A stretch of 63,859 nucleotides of DNA, filler included, from Klebsormidium nitens (lineage: Eukaryota > Plantae > Klebsormidiophyceae), in the NCBI GenBank assembly GCA_000708835.1. It is 5 parts of 5 records of this genome, joined end to end, with 100 filler letters (N's around TTAATTAATTAA, not from the genome) between each part and the next. Parts side by side here need not be neighbours in the genome. Positions count along the whole stretch, not along the records: positions 1 to 8,635 come from DF238209.1; positions 8,736 to 16,782 come from DF238289.1; 3 more parts are not named here. One strand, written 5' to 3'. Below the pieces are notes generated by a model that made no database searches, was not told where the DNA came from, and worked only from the letters and a program-made list of their open reading frames with translations. How positions within the stretch are numbered: the stretch's first letter is position 1; each line of letters opens with the position of its first letter. Positions 1 through 11,544 of the stretch are shown here, one piece after another. A program made the translations under genes and the position numbers.

Positions 1-418
1 AAGGTGCTGGCATCGGGGGAAGTTGAAGAAGTGCAAGAGCGAGATAGGAATCGCATAGTCATTAGTGTGTGGGGGAGTGTTGAGATACGGGCATTTAGGG
101 ACCGAATCTCTGGGTGATTCTAGGGTTTTAGGATCACGACGACGACGGTAATTCGACGGTAACTAGATTTTACGGTTACACGGTTAAACACGCGCGGGTT
201 ACTGCTTTACACCCGAATAACTTGGCGATAAACGTCGATATTGTGTAGGTTCGATAATAGCCGTCGATGTACGGTACAGAGTGAAATTTTCGGACTTACT
301 AGGTGACGGTCCACTGAGCCTACTAGGCTAGACTGAGTGTAGACCTAGAGATAGGCCGTGAGTCGGAACACTCCATATACATTGTGTGAACTTGATTGAT
401 TGAATATCAATTCCAACA
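1..418 (+). mobile_element. 3' end of a Ty1/Copia element A: pol C-terminus, polypurine tract and 3' LTR (78-418)
   Basis: 1-58 reads like the Copia RNase H tail (..KLKKCKSEIGIA*). It is followed by PPT GTGTGTGGGGGAG and a 341-bp LTR starting TGTTGAGA and ending TTCCAACA. Related LTRs occur inverted at 5062-5397 and about 47125-47395. Confidence 0.9.
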
Positions 419-439
419 ACGTGATGTTTCAACAATCTC

Positions 440-1080
440 CCTATAGCGAGCTTATTGGAAGCTTGTTGTACTTGAGCGTGTGCACACGGCCCGACATCGC
501 TGTAGCCGTGGGTGCTGTGGCGCGCCACACGAGTGCGCCAACGGAGGCGCATTGGACGGCGGCGCATGGGGTGGTGTGCTACTTGGCAGGGACGGCGGAA
601 GCCGGAATAACGTTCGGGGGTAGCGGCGAGGTCCTCGAGGCGTTTTGCGACGCCGATAATGCGGAGGACATCGACACAATTCTACGATGGGGTACGTCTT
701 CCTGATGTAGGGGGAGCGGTGAGTTGGTCCTCAACCGACGGTGGCGGCCTCGACGGTAGAGGCGGAGTATATGAGCGCGGGGAACGCCGTGAAGGAGGCG
801 TTGTGGTTCCGGAAACTCGGGGGAGACTTGGGGTTGGACCTCGGAACGGTCTTAATTCATTCGATAACCAAGGAGGAATACGGCTCCTCAAGCATCCGAT
901 CGCTTCGCAGCAATCGAAGCACATCGACGTGATTCATCACTTTGCGCGGAAGCGGGTGGTGCGCAAGGAGGTCGACTTCGCGTAGTGCATGATGGAGGAC
1001 ATGACCGGGCGGACATCTTGACCAAGGCGTTGGCACCCGGAAAGTTCTTGAAGTGCAAGAAGGAGATAGGAATTGCATAG
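440..1080 (+). pseudogene. Degenerate Ty1/Copia RT C-terminus and RNase H (element B)
   Basis: Motifs across frameshifts: PYSELIGSLLYLSVCTRPDIAVAV, FCDAD, STVEAEY, DNQG..SKHIDVIHHF, DILTKAL..KCKKEIGIA*. Followed by PPT GCGTGGGGGAG. Confidence 0.92.
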
Positions 1081-1103
1081 GATACTTAGTGCGTGGGGGA
1101 GTG

Positions 1104-1522
1104 TGTTGGATTTAGGTAGTACTACTATTGTGTGAGTACGCCCTAAGATCCTAGATGATTTCGTAGCCGAAACATTGAGTTTCAAAAAGTGGTAATTACC
1201 CCCTGGCAATTACCCCCTGGCAATTACCCCACTGGCAATTACCCCCTGGCATTTACCCCCACTGGCAATTACCCCACTGGCAGTTACCCCCACTAGTGGG
1301 AGTTAACCTCCTAGGCCAGTGTGGACCATTAGATAAGCATCTTTGTGGAATCTTGGAGGCTAGGCCGTTGATGTTTGAGTTGACTCACATTGAGCTAGGG
1401 TTGGACTCGACCAAGTAGACCTAGCCACGGATTTATGACTTGGACCATTGACTTGTATTGGTCACTCATTCCTAGTAGTTGTGCTTGACTTGAAACGCGC
1501 TCCAAGGCGCTTGCTTTCAACA
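1104..1522 (+). mobile_element. Solo LTR (419 bp) with 5-bp target-site duplication GAGTG
   Basis: Starts TGTTGG and ends TTCAACA. GAGTG flanks both sides (1099-1103 and 1523-1527). A second copy of its 5' end starts at 8552 and runs into the gap. Confidence 0.85.
1193..1295. repeat. Tandem array of a 14-16-bp unit AATTACCCC(C/A)CTGGC, about 7 copies, inside the solo LTR
   Basis: Direct reading of the sequence. Confidence 0.95.
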
Positions 1523-1525
1523 GAG

Positions 1526-1897
1526 TGTTCGAGTTGGGCGGTACTAGCCTTGAGTACGCCCTAATATATCCTATGATATATCGTCCATAGAATCGTAGAT
1601 CTGATGCATAAGGTTGGCCGTACGATGGTGAGCTTGCATTGTTGAGTATCCATCGTAGGATGTGCGGAACGTAAGGCGTAGGATTGAGTCCATTGTGCAT
1701 GGGTTCTCTTGTGATGTGTATTTCGGTGTAGCCGATAGGTTCTTTTGTAGGCAACGTGGAATAGGGACCGTCGATTTGTCGATTGAAATAGGGTAATAGC
1801 TAGGCTTGAGCTAGGCTATAAGACTTGGACTAATGTATAAAAAAAACCACACTCACTTCCGAGAAGTTGTGCACTTGAAAGGCGCTTGCTTTCAACA
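1526..1897 (+). mobile_element. 3' LTR of Copia element B
   Basis: Resumes after the TSD as TGTTCGAG and ends GGCGCTTGCTTTCAACA. Shares GAGTACGCCCTAA and the terminal GGCGCTTGCTTTCAACA with the 1104-1522 LTR. A third related LTR 5' end begins at 1905. Confidence 0.75.
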
Positions 1898-2246
1898 TTA
1901 TCTCTGTTGAATTTAAGAAGTATTTGTCTTCGTTACGCCCTAATATTTTACACCATTGTAGTGAGGTGGAATCGCTGTGTAACACATAGGTTTGGTCCTA
2001 ACCAGGTCGAGATTAGGGTCCTGAAGGGATCAGATTAAAATCAAATTAGGCCGTGACTAGGATCTTAATGCTTGCGAGATAAGATCTTAATGTAAGCGAG
2101 GTTGATTTAACGTGCTATGAGATCGTCGTCTAAAGGTGGTTGAGATTGAGATCAATCGAGTATAAGACCACGAACATATAGAGCACGTAGATTTAATAGC
2201 TTCACTAAATTGCAGGGCACGCAACAAAGTCACAGTGCCCACTTGC

Positions 2247-2375
2247 TACCCAATCCCCCGAAATGACGCGATTTTTAACCAACTCGGGCAGGCAGAATTC
2301 TTCAGCACGATGGACGCCAACGCCGGCTACTAGCAGATACCGATAGACCCTGGTGACATTCACAAAACGGCTTCA
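2247..2375 (+). pseudogene. Ty3/Gypsy reverse transcriptase fragment
   Basis: Translates YPIPRNDAIFNQLGQAEFFSTMDANAGY*QIPIDPGDIHKTA, matching the Gypsy RT YPLPRID..FS.LDL..GY.QI....D..KTAF motif with an internal stop. Confidence 0.85.
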
Positions 2376-3137
2376 GGACGGGCGTGCCAAAGCTGCCGGG
2401 ACACGTGTCCCGAGCACAAGTCCGTCGATCAAATATGCGCGCGTCGTTGGTCGGTTTGCGATCTGTGCCCAGTCACTTTCCGGGACTGCGGATTGTTGTC
2501 AGAGTGCGGAAGCTTGTAAAACTGATGCGCATTATTCACCGAAGTCTCAGCATCCCAAACCACTGAGGCCGGCAAAGCCAATGTAGGTACTGCCAATGAA
2601 TAATGCGGAGGGACGTCAGTCAGGACAGTCGGCCGTCCTACTTCATCGTGACTGGATATCAACCAGTCAGTACTGTGCTGTGTACGAGGTTTCGCCTGGT
2701 ATAACTTTGCCACGGGCTGCATTGTATAAAATATATACAATGTACAGTGTTGCATCAGTTGTTAGTATCTTGGTATACATGTATGACTGCAACACAACCA
2801 GCCCGGACGCCGTCCGAAACCAAGATCGGGCACACGGCACGCGACATAATTCCGGCGTCCGAATTTCTACAATTGGACACTTTCAGCCCGCCCGGTTTTG
2901 GACTCGAGTCCCCTCTTCAGTCCGACTATAGAAAAGCGTGCTCAATGTGCATTGAGCTAATGGGCATGCAAGCCACTGAAGGAAAAGCTTCAAAATAGGG
3001 CCCAAGTAGTCAATAGCTCCGCTCTGATCATCTGATGATCATGATAACATACAATTCAGATCTGGTGATACTACAGCAGTCTATCATCCATTGTATTAGC
3101 TACTCTCGTACTGCTTTACATTTTTGCATATGGGACG

Positions 3138-4529
3138 CAGTGCGACCACGGGATAGCTACGGTGCGGAATCTTGCACCCCCAATCTTGTACGGTCATGCG
3201 ACCGCGTACGGCCAAAGTTCCTCGGTAGCGGGAATTTGTCTTTGGTACCCGGTGAAAAATTTCCCAGCTTTGAACCGCCGAGGAACCGGGAAATGACCTG
3301 CAAATATTTCTTCTTTGCCCCAAATAATCAGAAATTGCCCCAATTTGCCTGTAAAATGGGGGTCCATATAAAGCACTATACAGAGCACAAAAAAAGAAGC
3401 ACACTCTCCAGCTTCTCTCAGAAGGTAGGCCTTGATGTCCCAATGGCATTCAATGCCACGTCACATCCACATCTGATCGATAAAACATTAGTTTTTAGGT
3501 GTTGAATAGCTTCCATTTTGATGCTTGAGACGCCATGTTTGACCTCTCCTGAGGTGCATGCTGGATGAGGCCCTGTAGTTGTACCTGCAACACCGGTCCC
3601 TGCACGTGAATCCGCTGTTGGTCACACTAGCGAGGCCCTGGGCTACTTCGGTCCATCGGGCCTGTCCAATTTGGGAGCTTCCTCCTTCGTGTCAAGGAGC
3701 CCATGGCCTACGTAGGTACTGCACGTTTTGTAGTACGTACGTACTACGGCCCCCGGTATCGACCTGAAATTACCGAGCAAGTATAGTGCGAACCGACTGC
3801 ACCCATTGTCTGATTTATTGTATGACACAGTTTCCACGTAATTGGAGTGTCAAGGAAACTAGTAGGTAGACCCCGGGGCACTTTCTGACATTGCGAAGCG
3901 CACTTTCATCATGATTTGTCAGTAGGTAGGTAGGTACCCTGATGCCGCATTCCCTACGGGAGGTACGGTACCTGCTTGAGCTAGCCAGAGTACTTAGGGA
4001 CGCTAGCTCCTAGGCACCAGTAGGACTGTAGGAAGTACCTGCAGGTAACTACGTTACTATCTACCTACTCAGGCTACGCGGTATATACCGTACCGTACTA
4101 CCTACTATAGTTTCCTACCTGCAGGTAGGTAGTAGGTACCTACTTGGTCGACCGATACCGTACTCAAGATTGGACTCGTGCCGTCGATCGCCGGTTGAAT
4201 GGCAAACACAAAATATTTACGGTCCCGATCCTGCTGCAAAAGTAGAGTACAAACTTGGCAGCCCGGCTGACACTCATGTCAACCGACCGCATGGTTGATG
4301 GAAATTGCCCCAGTTTCTATGACCAGGATTCCACCGGGAAAGTTCTGGGGATCCCAAAACTTGCTCATGAATCTTGCGCTACCGGCAACGTATAGATTTG
4401 CCAAAGTCGCGATTTCGGCTAGAGACTTCTCTGGCGGTTTGAACCCCAAAATTCGTACGGATTCCGGGGGTAAGACCGACAATATTGCCAGGTCCACATT
4501 CCGCACCATAGCTATCCCGTGAAAGCCTG
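3138..4529. mobile_element. Non-autonomous TIR DNA transposon (CAG-ended, hAT-like), copy 1
   Basis: Left end CAGTGCGACCACGGGATAGCTACGGTGCGGAAT. Right end reverse-complements to CAGGCTTTCACGGGATAGCTATGGTGCGGAAT. No TSD found; no coding capacity; GTAC-rich interior at about 3690-4170. Confidence 0.7.
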
Positions 4530-5061
4530 GCTTACATTTCTTATACATCATTCTCACATCCAACAACTTGCTATAAAAGTAATGGGCACAACAACACACA
4601 AATGTGAAGGCTTTGGCCAGGTCATTTCATTGCCAGTGGCAAGTGGCTTCCGATCCACACATGATAGCATTGGATGCACTGCCTATAGTAAGTCACTCTG
4701 GATGGCATACTAGACCAGAGCGGGCGAGCATTTGCTGCATCGAGTGTTCAGCCTCAACGTATCCACTCTTTTAAGCTGGATAAAATGCAGAAGAGTTTAT
4801 GGAGCTACAGCTCCGGTTCGGTTGTTTGTTCAACATGGCCCCTTCAAAGACTGACTGGCTCTTGAGAAATGCTGGAAGGCCCGATCCAGCTTATGCATGC
4901 CCAGATCTGCCACATATAAGCGTGTTGTTCAAGTAAGCTAAATTGTCCAAAATAGAAAAAAATTGCAAAACGTCCTGGCCCGTAAACCACTCAGCAGTCA
5001 CAAGAATTAGTGGTGTCTGCACTTTACGGCCAGACACATGCACTCTGTTAAAACACAGCGT

Positions 5062-5397
5062 TGTTGGAAGTGATACTCAATCAATCTAGTTCACACAATG
5101 TATATGGATTGTTCCGAGTCACGACCTAACACTAGGTCTACAATCTAGCCTCGAGGCTCAGTGGACCGGCACCTAGTAAGTCCGAAAGGTTCACTCTATA
5201 CCGTACATCGACGGCCATTATCGAACCTACACAATATCGACGGTTATTGCCAAGTCATTCGGGTGTAACGCTGTAACCCGCGCGCATTCAACCGTGTAAC
5301 CGTAACTTCTGGTTACTGTCGACTTAGCGTCGACGTTGTGATCCTAAAACCCTAGAATCACCCGGAGATTCGGTCCCTGAATGCCCGTATCTCAACA
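5062..5397 (-). mobile_element. Copia-family LTR (solo, inverted relative of the LTR at 78-418)
   Basis: TGTTGG...CTCAACA, collinear along its length with the reverse complement of 78-418. No TSD recognisable. Confidence 0.88.
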
Positions 5398-6249
5398 CCC
5401 TCTACAGCCCTCTTCCAACGAGTTTCGGAATACTACAGGTACCTTGGGCAGAACTACTACAGGAACCTTGGGCAGAACCTTAAAGACTGCGTCAGCGTGG
5501 CGTCATCATACCGAGACCTTGGGGATCCCTCCCAACACCTAAGTTCCTAGGTATCCTACCTGATTCTAAATCCCTGATTCTGAAGCGACGTCGGGAGGAA
5601 CCTCAGAAGACAGAGTGCCGGCAGTGCCAGACAATGCTATGGAACTAACGACCAAATGCTCCCTGTCTTACCCTGCCCTCATTGGGCAATCATTGATCTT
5701 CAAATTCTGCATTCCTCGTTGTGACTCCCGTTGTGACTGGTAAGGCACTGGACGATTATGTCAGCCTTAAACATGGCTGCAACCAGAGTCACCAACTTGG
5801 TGCCGACAATAGCTGCAACAAAAGGCAGTTCCTGATTGACCAGCTAAGTATCTCCAAGCTACTTTAGGCAGTTTGAACCACCAAGCTTGGAAAAGCAGAC
5901 TCTTGCTTCTGTAATTATACACACCAATTTACAAGCTAACCAAGTCATCTTTTCAAAATCAAGAAACGAGACGTGATGCTGGCCCTCGTATACACAGAAT
6001 CAAAAAGATTGCAGTCCTTTCACAACAACGCAAAGCTGACTTAGAATTGCTGAAACATCATTGACCCTATGCTTGGAATGGCAGGCCAACAATCATAACA
6101 TTCTGTTCCTTGCGGCATGCAATTGGCTGATACTACTGGCGAGAAGACCAGCAACAGGTTTAACAAATCACACCTAGTCCCACATGATCAAGAGGAACTA
6201 AAGTCAGCGGACTCCACCATCAAAACTCCTTCAGAAGCGTCACAGCTTT

Positions 6250-6620
6250 CACCCCAACATTCAAATCCAAGGTCTTGAAAGGGCAAAGGCAGCAAAACAC
6301 ACACAAATAAGAAGTCCTTTCCGCCTGCTCACCTTGACTCTCCTAACTGGTTCTTCTGAAGGCGCATTGATACCGAGAAGACACCCCCCCGGGCATACCA
6401 AATTTTCAGCCCCATCAGAATGCAATACGAAGAGCAGTAGCAGGCTGCAGAAGCTACTCCTCTCTGAGCACATCTCCAGGCAGGCACTGACTCCAGTATA
6501 CTTTTGGTGATTGTGGAAAAACCTGGACGAATTTCGCGATTCCCTCTGGTGATGACCTCCCCCAAAGTGCCTACTAAGCGCCTCTCCATTTTCGAAAATC
6601 AACAAAAATGTTGTAGGAAC
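6250..6620 (-). pseudogene. Possible highly degenerate non-LTR (LINE) RT remnant
   Basis: In order on the minus strand: FVDFRK (about 6600), an LLLLFVL..DG segment resembling the LSPLLF..YID region (about 6430), and TTCAAG-ACCTTGGA, which is FKYLG with a 1-nt loss (about 6270). Spacing is compressed and no YADD was seen. Confidence 0.3.
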
Positions 6621-8551
6621 TACCCATGCAATCCGTCCGACTACTTCTTAATTTGGCAGGAAGGGCACCCACATGTTGAGGCAGCCAGCTTTGACACGGA
6701 TATCTACCATGCACCACTGTTTCCAGCGGCTAAAATTTTGCAGGCGCCCTGATCGAAGGGTGATGGTCGCGTTCATCAACTCACAAACTTATCGACTTTT
6801 GGCTGGGTGATGAAGCAACCCGTTAAAAATTCAAATTCAAAATGGTAGCGTCGCGCTTGTCAAGAGCTCCTCCTTCCTGACCAAATCAGGTGTCCGGAGG
6901 CTCGAGCCTCCTTTGTACGACCTTTTCCCGCCGATTTACGGACGGACGGCCGAGATTACTCGATGCACTAGATCTTGGCGATCGGACGGTGCTATACGGT
7001 CGGACATATTTTGGTGGGGATGGTTGCGAAGATGCTATCATAAGTTTGGTCCGTTCCCTCTTTATGCACAGTCACAGTACATCTGAGAACAGTTTCCAAA
7101 ACTGCAGAACGATAAGTGCACTGATCGACTGAGAACTACTTTGCAACATCAATTGGCATGCAATGTTACTAGTAACGGCCTATGCTTTCAGCACATCTCA
7201 TGAAAAGGACTATCTTTCTTTCATTCTAGTCAAACCACGTGTTTGATCATTCATTGACTTGTAGTGACCCGTCATTGGGCCAGTCACCATGCTGCAATCT
7301 GGCGCTGCGCCTCGCCATGGAAGTGCTGTAAAGAATGGCGTTGTAATGAAAGCGAGGGAGAAGGACTGAAGGCACGCTGCCGGTGCTGATATACTGCTGA
7401 GGAGAAAGGTCTCAGCAGGATTTCCGAGCTACAGAAGAGTCCACTTATCCAGTGGAACTTGCTTGAAGTCAGGTGCTTGAAACTTGCTAGCTTGGAATTG
7501 TGAAATGAAAGCTCTATCAACTGTTCTTTATAGCTTCACTAAACTGCAAGGCACGCAGACCTCTCGGGTCTTCGGCATCCTACAAGCAATCTTCAGTCTA
7601 TCTATTATGTATGTTAGTGCTTACACCAAGTCTGCAGTGAAGTCTTACAGCAACTGCCTATGAGTTTGCACATTCGATTGCGGCCTAAGTGACCGCCCCT
7701 CAGCTCGGAATGTCGCACTAAACGTCTAAACACCTGATACGTGCCCTCACGCTATCGGCTATTACAAAACAACTACTTCTAATCAGGCATATGGCATCAG
7801 TAAGCAAGGCCGACGGTAAGCCCGGCCCTGGTTCCGTATTATGCTAACACACTGAATCAATTCCAACTAATGGAGTCTTGGTTGCGCGGGCGCGCTCAGA
7901 TGCCGACCCTCTAGGTCCTGCCCGCCTCCAAGTAATGTTCAACACACCTGTGCTGCGCAGCTCCCCTCCATATCTCGCGTCCTTGAGAGACCAAGTTACT
8001 GGGGCTTGCCGTCCTCCGGCTCGCTCAAGTCCCCATCTTCTTCTGGCTCCTTGTTGGCGGGAGGGTCGAAACCTTCCTCCGAATTGTAGCCCTCCGCCCT
8101 GATGGGTTCCTCCTTGGTTTTCTTGGTTGCTCTGGAGATTGATCTGCAACTTTTGGGGCGTCCCTTCGTCTCGGTTCGCCGGGGGGGGGGATATATAGGA
8201 CGTGTCCACCCGCTACAGTGCACGTGGGTTCCGCTTGTATCTCGAGGGATCCCCCTCCAAGTGCCCCGGTTCGTCGTGGCGGGGCTTCAAATTGCTTCCT
8301 TTGGTCATTCTAACTGGGGACCTGTCCCGCTTGCCTCGGCTCGCTCCTGATCCCACCTCGCCCTTCTCGCTGTATTGATGGGGGCTTTCTGCCCGGCCAT
8401 CAGGCCAAGATCATATCAAGATGAACGCATACGAAGACCATCGAGATCAAGACCAGATTAAGAGCCGAGACGTGTGGATCGTCCAATGGTGTTGTTGGAG
8501 TGGTTGTAGCTAGACCGTTGATTTGAGAATTTGAAACACCCAAGCTAACTG

Positions 8552-8635
8552 TGTTGGATTTAGGTAGTACTACTATTGTGTGAGTACGCCCTAAGATCCT
8601 AGATGATTTCGTAGCCGTTTCATTGAGTTTGATAA
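8552..8635 (+). mobile_element. 5' end of a second copy of the 1104-1522 LTR, truncated by a gap
   Basis: Near-identical to 1104-1185 (TGTTGGATTTAGGTAGTACTACTATTGTGTGAGTACGCCCTAAGATCC...). Confidence 0.85.
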
Positions 8636-8976
8636 NNNNNNNNNNNNNNNNNNNNNNNNNNNNNNNNNNNNNNNNNNNNTTAATTAATTAANNNNNNNNN
8701 NNNNNNNNNNNNNNNNNNNNNNNNNNNNNNNNNNNGTTCTTGAAGTGTAAGGTCTTTGTTTCGACCTCTTTGTTATGTACTTTCTTTCCAGTGCCCAGGA
8801 AGAATTTGGAGAGGTCAAGAGAAAAAGATGCTCCGGGCTCGCCATTCTCTCTCGATGATATTCTTTCCTGAGACTGGTTTATGTCACAAGCAGAGAAGGG
8901 TGAAGTCATTATTTTAAACACAGCATGTAAGATTTTCTCGTAGTGTTTGTTAATACATCCTTCGCTTGTCCACAGC

Positions 8977-9471
8977 CTAGTCGCAGAGGCCAGGAACATA
9001 ACAACCACTTCAGGGAACGTGCGGAGACGGATTGACTTCCTCTGCTGGCCCCTTCCGCATCTGCTCGGGACTGTCAGGCCCTTCGCGATCGAGCTGATTG
9101 CGTTCGCTGGGAGGGCTGACATCCTGGAGCACATGAGGCGTGGGTACCCGAAGCTCCACGCCGCTGAAGTGGACGGACGAGTCGAGACGTGCCACACCGT
9201 GGTCGTCCACGTGTCAGCGGACTGGGCTGCCAAGAGGGGCGCCACAGACTACTTTGGGCCACCCGAGGGTGTCGAGGACGTGCACGTCGTGCAAGTTCTT
9301 TTCAAAGAAAATGGGGCGAAGGCACGGATTGCATTCGAGGATAGGGAAAGGGATAGGGAAATTCCAGTAGCGGGGTTGCGCAAGGAGGCCAAAATGGTTC
9401 TTTCGAAGCTGACGACCCCTCCCAGCTCCACTCCAGGCACCCGACGGCCCTCTCTTCCCCAGCCCCGTTAA
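8977..9471 (+). CDS. Terminal exon of an unknown protein
   Basis: A short GTAAG...CCACAG intron precedes a GC-rich open frame (LVAEARNITT...RIDFLCWPLPHLLGTVRPFAIELIAF...PQPR*). Upstream exons are unresolved next to the gap. No family recognised. Confidence 0.45.
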   Translation, partial: LVAEARNITTTSGNVRRRIDFLCWPLPHLLGTVRPFAIELIAFAGRADILEHMRRGYPKLHAAEVDGRVETCHTVVVHVSADWAAKRGATDYFGPPEGVEDVHVVQVLFKENGAKARIAFEDRERDREIPVAGLRKEAKMVLSKLTTPPSSTPGTRRPSLPQPR

Positions 9472-10039
9472 AAGAAGACAATCAATCAGATAGACGGCAA
9501 GCTGGTCGTTCAAAAGGTTCTGGTTCCGCTTGGAGAATGCTGATTGACATCAAGTGCAGCGGTCTGACATGTGCTCTCGCTTTGACAGTTTGTGATTTGA
9601 CTGCTGATATACGTTACATGCCGGAATATATCCCAGATTTGCCGCGAGTCAGAATTCTGTATGCAAGTGACAGGAAGGGTTCGGTTTCTTGTTTGGAATA
9701 TATGTGCAGTCAAATGTGGTTGACAACCTTTATTGACAGAGTTTAAGGCCAACGTACGACTGCCCATGGGCGGCTCCTCCGCTATTCATGCATGTGATTT
9801 TAGTGCCTGTTGTTGCATATCCCAATACTTAGTTTGAAGTATGCACTCCGTTTAAATGATATAATCGCAAACACTGGTGATGCAAGTAAATATGTAGTGG
9901 TATCATACTTAGAATACCCTTGCTCACGGCTATAGTCGTCAGATTGTTTAGACTATTAGTAGGTACTTCTGTTCGACTCCCGGGTTAACGACCTCACTGT
10001 CAGTGTGACATGATTGTATAGCGTTGACATGCTTCATGG

Positions 10040-10680
10040 TGCCTGGCTCAGCTGGGTTTAGAGAGAGATCCTCAGATAGGATCGCGACATCACCAAACAT
10101 ACCAAACATTATGCGCTATAATTGATAGGGCACAATTGTCCAAGGTGTTTGAGCTATCAACAGCGCAAATCCGTCCAAGCTGTCCAAGGTTTCGGAACAA
10201 GTCGTCTCAACCCCCAAATCAATGACGTTGTCAACCATACCGGCCAATTATTCGCGCTACAATTGAGAGCGCGAACCTGTCCAATTAAAGTGACCAGGCT
10301 GTAAGTTCAATGCTATGGGGACCTGTCATTTCGACCCCCAGTGGATGACAGTGGCATCAATATACCAAACATCATGCGCTACAAACCTCTTCAAGGTAGT
10401 CAAGCTTTCCAAGCTTATGGAAGCACACTTCTCGCCCCTCAATCCAATGACATGATCCCCCATACTATCTTTAATGTGCTGTTATTGATAGCACACACTT
10501 GCAAGCTGTTGATAGTGCATACGAATCTAGAGTGTCCAAGCAATTCGAGGGTTCGGGGAACAGTCGTCTTGACCTCCAAATCGATGACGTCATCAACCCT
10601 ACCAAGCATTACGCGTTCAAATTGATAGTGCAAACATGTCCAACACACAAGGTGTCCATGCAACCGTTTGACATGGGGTC
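10040..10680 (+). repeat. Degenerate ~130-140-bp tandem repeat (about 5 units), possibly a decayed LRR-type coding repeat
   Basis: Units recur near 10089, 10227, 10355 and 10592. Plus-strand translations repeat HYAL*LIGHNCP, LFALQLRARTCP and HYAFKLIVQTCP. Confidence 0.6.
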
Positions 10681-11544
10681 GAAAGAAGGCTCCTCTGGAT
10701 GACGTCAGCGGCCAACTTCAGCAGTAAAACACTCAGAGCCCGCCATGGCGCTCTCTCCTCGGCGAACCGGCCATGATGGTCCCAAGCCCGACCGTGACCC
10801 TTACCCGCGCTGACGCAGACCGTTCCGGTCCCCAGCTGCCGTAACGCGAGTCTACCGGGCACCCGGAGGTCAGCCCCTCGAGCGTAGCATATGCGCGCAC
10901 AAGGGGCAGGACCTGTCGTAAGGGCACCATTACCACTCCGGACCGGACCGTTCCCTCGAACCTGAGACGGAAGCTGCCCCTTCTAGTCTCTAGCTTGACA
11001 GCTGCCAGCATGCCCGCAGGAAAGTGCTGCAAGCACCAAGCGCCAAGTGGTTTAGGCATGGGGTAAGTGATTGCGTCATGGCAGTTTTCCATACTCGGGA
11101 GTTGAAATCTAACAAAAGCATGTCTCCGGAGGTGCTTGAGCTTTTGGAGCCAACCAATCTTTGGGACCAACCAATCTGCTTTGCTGTGCTTCAGAATTTG
11201 GAAGCTGTGGGTCTGCTCTGAATTGGTTTGTGCTTCAGTTGCTGTGGGCAAATTGAGTCTCTCTTATGTGTGATTGCAGCTGTGATTAGCAGAGGTAATG
11301 CATGATAAGTAATGGCAAGAAGCCCGCTTTGTGGCAGGTCCAAGTCTGATCAAAGGGTCTGCCAGGCTGCTCGCTTTGCACGCGCTGCAGAGTACAGGGA
11401 GCGCATCTCAATTAGTGTAGAAAGGCAAGAAATTCTGATTGCTGCTGTCAAAGCGAAGCAATGACACACCTGTCCTTCGCCGTCGGTGCTGCCAAAGGGC
11501 AAAGGGATTGAAGCATGAGGGGCAAATTGCTCTCAAAGTTTCAG

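Noticed and set aside
7844-8350. GC-rich acidic/Pro-rich ORFs
   Set aside because: They lie within retroelement debris and lack diagnostic motifs; probably the non-conserved 3' region of a retrotransposon.
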